Positions 60,794 to 64,000 of a DNA stretch of 64,000 bases are shown one piece after another. The notes beneath the pieces were generated by a model. It was not told where the DNA came from. It saw only the letters and a list, made by a program, of their open reading frames with translations, and searched no databases. The DNA comes from a virus. Made by a program: the position numbers and the translations under genes. The DNA is taken from positions 43,905 through 107,904 of the IMG/VR virus record IMGVR_UViG_3300003321_000691; one strand, given 5' to 3'. Each line of letters opens with the position of its first letter. Position 1 is the first letter of the stretch.

Positions 60794-63211
60794 TCAACTT
60801 CGGAACATTTGAGCCAGGCGGTCGAGGGCAGCAGCGACGTGATCAGCCGGGCTCTGCCCTTCGGACTCGGTAGTGGTCCCACCGGTCGTCCCCGCTGCGG
60901 GCGACGAACCCGCAAGTGTCGGCACCGTGCCCGAGCTAGCCGGCGAGCCGGCCAGCGAGCGGTACTGCTCCGCGAGACGATCCAGCGCCACAGCGACCGG
61001 ATCCTCGGTGGTTTGTGCCGCGTCCGGGTTACCGACCAGCGTGCCCGGACTCGTAACCGGGTTCGCGGGGATGGCGCCCGGGCTGGTGATGACCGGACCT
61101 CCCGCGAAGCCGCCAAGGCTCTTGTACTGCTCGGCGAGACGGTTCAGGGCAAGCTGCACGACGGCCAGGGTTTGTGGAACCGGGACCGCCACCGGTGCCG
61201 GCGGTTGCGTCGACGATGTCGCGGTAACGAAGTCGCTGACCGCGGTGAGGACCTCGCCGACCAAGCGCAGACCCTGGTAAAGGCGAGCGACCGAATCAGT
61301 TGGTGCAGGAATCGTCTCAGACGTCGCGCGGGCTACACCGGCACTGCGTGTCTTCGTATCGGTCGGAGCGGACATCGATTCGGCTGGGGATCGCGTCGTG
61401 TTGTTCGCGCCGTGCGACTTTACGTCGGTTGGGGCAGAGAGTGTCTCGGACTCCGAGCGAGCGCCGACGAACTGCCGAGCCTTCGTGTCCGTGGGTGCAC
61501 TGAGAGTCTCGGACTCCGAGCGATGCCCAGTGAAGACTCGGGCCTTCGTGTCCGTGGGTGCACTGAGGGTCTCGGACGGCGTGCGAGCCTTGCCGGTAAC
61601 ACGAGTCTTTGCGTCGGTCGGTCCGGTTGACCCACCACCTGTCGGCAGCGTCGGGAACTCGATCTTGGCGATGATGAGCTGGACCATGAACGCGGTCATC
61701 TCGGCCGCGCTGCCGGTCCACATCGCGCCGTACAGGACCGCGACGTTCGCCGTAGGCGAGCCGCCCGCCGTCAGGTGTCCGATCGTTCCCACGCCCGACG
61801 TAGCCAGGTTGTAGAACGTCGGCGTGATCACTTCCTGATCGGTGATCACGTCGTTGTGGCTGGCCGCGATGTTGTGGAGCGTCGCCACGGGCCGGATCGT
61901 GCTTCCGGGGGCTGCCGTGCCGCTGACGACGCTGCCGGCGTCGCCCTGCCACTTACCGGCTGTCGTGACCTCCGTGAAGATCTGCGGATGCTCGAACGCG
62001 GTCCGCGCCGCCGCAGGCGTGCTCAAGATCGCCGTGAAGAACAGGTAGAGAATCGACGACGTGTTCGGCGTCGGAATCGTGAACTGGAAGTAGTAGCCGG
62101 CCGAGTCGGCGAGCGTGATCGCCTTGTTCGACCAGCCGCTCACACTCTGCTGATAGTTTGCCGAACCAATTCCGCTCGCCGTCATCGTCGCTGAGCCAAT
62201 GGTGTCGGCGAGGTTTCCGCTGGCCTCCTGCATCTTCCACAGCGACTGCGGCGCCGCGACGATGCTGTTCATCCCGGTGACGAGGTTGTTCCACTCGGAC
62301 GCGGTCTGCGGAATGGCCCAGCCGCTCGTGGCGTCCTTGGTCGCCGTGCTCGTCGGGAACAGGCGAGCGATCAGGACGGCGATCTGCGAGTCTGTCAGCT
62401 CGGCCGCGCTGCCGGTCCACATCGCCGCATAGATGCACGTGGAGTCCGGCGCGCTTGTTCCATCACCTAGAATCGAGGTGGTGGTGCTAGTGGCCGGAGC
62501 CGCGTACGTGGCCGACAGCCCGTTGCCGTCGCTCGTGAACGTGCGGGCCTTACTGTTTGTGTTGTCGAGTTGCGTGACGACGACGACGACACCACTTGAG
62601 TTGAAGCCCGACGTCCCGCCCGCTCCCGCCTGGTCCCACGCCTGAAACTTCGGGCCGGCGTTCAGCAGCGTCGCAACCGATCCCGTGCTCCTGCCAATCC
62701 AGTTGAGGGACCTCTGCGCGGCCGGGTTGGTGTTTAGCGAGATGATTTGCAGGAGCAGGACGCTCGTCGTGCTGATGTCCGGGAACGAGGCTGATTCGAC
62801 CTTCGTTGCAGCACCGTCCGACGTCGCCTTGATGCCCTTGCGCGACCAGCCGGTGACGGACTGCGAATACGAGATATTTGTCCCGGTGAGAGTGCGCGAG
62901 CCGATCGAGTCCGCGAACGTGCCACTCGCCTCTTGCAGGAGCCACAGGCTCGCCGGGTTCGACAGCCCGGTGCCCGAGAGCAGGTTCGTCCACTCCGTGT
63001 TGCTAGCCGGGACTGCCCAGCCGCTCGTCCCGTCGGTCGTGACCGAGCTGCCACCGCCCGCGAGAGAGATGTCCTCGCCGATGGCGCGCGAGTACCCGAA
63101 CGACCCGCGCGGCCCCATGTCGAAGTCGAAGTTTTCGAGCAGGCTTCCGCCGACGCCGTAGTCCGCCAGCGTCTGCGGCGCCATGTCGTGGTCGAACATG
63201 CCGATCGGCAT
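60794..63211 (-). CDS. virion / fibre-like protein with two duplicated lectin-like domains, tandem repeats and three C-terminal helical repeats
   Basis: two copies of TSGWA.P..EW..LW..QEASG..AD.IG..Y.AMWTGSAAE; ETLSAPTDTKAR repeats; ALxRLAEQY x3. Confidence 0.7.
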   Translation of the reverse strand: MPIGMFDHDMAPQTLADYGVGGSLLENFDFDMGPRGSFGYSRAIGEDISLAGGGSSVTTDGTSGWAVPASNTEWTNLLSGTGLSNPASLWLLQEASGTFADSIGSRTLTGTNISYSQSVTGWSRKGIKATSDGAATKVESASFPDISTTSVLLLQIISLNTNPAAQRSLNWIGRSTGSVATLLNAGPKFQAWDQAGAGGTSGFNSSGVVVVVTQLDNTNSKARTFTSDGNGLSATYAAPATSTTTSILGDGTSAPDSTCIYAAMWTGSAAELTDSQIAVLIARLFPTSTATKDATSGWAIPQTASEWNNLVTGMNSIVAAPQSLWKMQEASGNLADTIGSATMTASGIGSANYQQSVSGWSNKAITLADSAGYYFQFTIPTPNTSSILYLFFTAILSTPAAARTAFEHPQIFTEVTTAGKWQGDAGSVVSGTAAPGSTIRPVATLHNIAASHNDVITDQEVITPTFYNLATSGVGTIGHLTAGGSPTANVAVLYGAMWTGSAAEMTAFMVQLIIAKIEFPTLPTGGGSTGPTDAKTRVTGKARTPSETLSAPTDTKARVFTGHRSESETLSAPTDTKARQFVGARSESETLSAPTDVKSHGANNTTRSPAESMSAPTDTKTRSAGVARATSETIPAPTDSVARLYQGLRLVGEVLTAVSDFVTATSSTQPPAPVAVPVPQTLAVVQLALNRLAEQYKSLGGFAGGPVITSPGAIPANPVTSPGTLVGNPDAAQTTEDPVAVALDRLAEQYRSLAGSPASSGTVPTLAGSSPAAGTTGGTTTESEGQSPADHVAAALDRLAQMFRS
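61300..61620 (-). repeat. about 63-nt (21-aa) coding tandem repeat, about 5-6 units
   Basis: units such as RSESETLSAPTDTKARVFTGH. Confidence 0.75.
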
Positions 63212-63219
63212 CGCGACCC

Positions 63220-64000
63220 CTAGCTGTACTCGTCGATGATGATGCAGCCAGCCGTACCGTTACCGCCGGCTGCATTCGTAGTCGATCCAAGTGCACCACC
63301 CCCGCCGCCGCCGTGGCCGCTAGCATCGGCTGCGTTACCGGCACCGCCCGTCGTACGCCCAGCGCCACCCGCACCAAACGGTGACGCGGCGCCAGCCCCG
63401 GACATGTTCACGGCGCCGGCCCACGTCATACCAGGTTGGCCCTGCGCCGACGTGACCACGTCGCCCGAGCTTGTTCCAGAATTTTGCGCGGGTGCCACCG
63501 CGGCCTGATTCGCCGTCGTGCTGGTCATAACGGCGCCGCCGGTTCCGCCCTTCGCGGTATACGTTGTCGTGCCAACTGTGATGGTGGTGTCACCACCAGC
63601 GCCACCAGCCGCGCCGGAGGCACCAGCGCCGGCCGCACCGCACGTAAACGCACCACCAGAGATCCAGGGCTGGAGTCCATTAGTGAGGTACTGCTCGAAG
63701 TACCAGCCGCTGTTACCGCCCGAGCCAGCGCTACCACCCGATGCTGCGCCAATAATGCCGCCGCCTGCGCCGCCGCCGCCCACCATGTGCAGCATGATCG
63801 CCTTCGTGCCCGGGCTCGGGATGTAGGTGCCGCTCGACGCGGTGAGCACCTGGCGTTTGATGAGCACGCCCGCGACGTCGAGGCGTGTGATCGACTTGCC
63901 AGCAACGGTCGACTTCGCTGTGAACGGTAAGGCGTTAAAGGCGGTGCTGTACTCCTCGATGATCGCGAGGCCGGGGGCGCCCGCGCCGCCGTTCGCGCCG
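63220..64000 (-). CDS. glycine-rich tail-fibre-like protein (5'-partial, frame open to window edge)
   Basis: SGTYIPSPGTK..GGGGAGG..G.IIIDEYS, preceded in frame by a second unit ending GLAIIEEYS. Confidence 0.75.
   Translation of the reverse strand, partial: GANGGAGAPGLAIIEEYSTAFNALPFTAKSTVAGKSITRLDVAGVLIKRQVLTASSGTYIPSPGTKAIMLHMVGGGGAGGGIIGAASGGSAGSGGNSGWYFEQYLTNGLQPWISGGAFTCGAAGAGASGAAGGAGGDTTITVGTTTYTAKGGTGGAVMTSTTANQAAVAPAQNSGTSSGDVVTSAQGQPGMTWAGAVNMSGAGAASPFGAGGAGRTTGGAGNAADASGHGGGGGGALGSTTNAAGGNGTAGCIIIDEYS

Noticed and set aside
61300-61620. Regularly spaced repeats as a CRISPR array
   Set aside because: In-frame degenerate coding repeats, no unique spacers, no cas genes.

Overview
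High-GC (roughly two-thirds G+C by eye) tailed-phage or prophage DNA of myovirus type; no terminase, integrase or replication genes are visible in the window. (1) 1-29.8 kb, minus strand: a morphogenesis operon running portal, MuF, DUF2213-type prohead protease, DUF2184-type capsid, neck, sheath/tube, frameshifted tail chaperone, tape measure, baseplate, fibre and a lysis-like cassette. The head genes carry enzymatic cargo domains: a RelA/SpoT synthetase fused to the portal with an adjacent HD hydrolase, a PI3/4K-HipA-like kinase, and ART-like domains. Each cargo is introduced by a shared R-x-D + D-x-x-x-(H)PRD-x-x-G-[RK]-[WF] tag. (2) 29.9-49.2 kb: rIIA/rIIB-like genes, back-to-back promoters forming a 51-bp inverted repeat, many small early ORFs and an ARC/PAN-like AAA+ ATPase. 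(3) 49.2-59.8 kb: a translation and RNA quality-control island. It holds 34 tRNA genes covering all 20 amino acids, an HNH gene, Ro60/Rsr (TROVE), three candidate Y-like RNAs sharing a bulged-C helix, several non-tRNA structured spacers, a boxA-like site, a long-range stem enclosing the array, two promoter plus leaderless-uORF units (one with terminator/antiterminator, one Leu-rich before three tRNA-Leu), a vWA protein and SspB. (4) 60.8-64 kb: two more minus-strand virion or fibre-like genes. All family calls come from motif recognition by eye and all RNA folds were done by hand; no database search was run.
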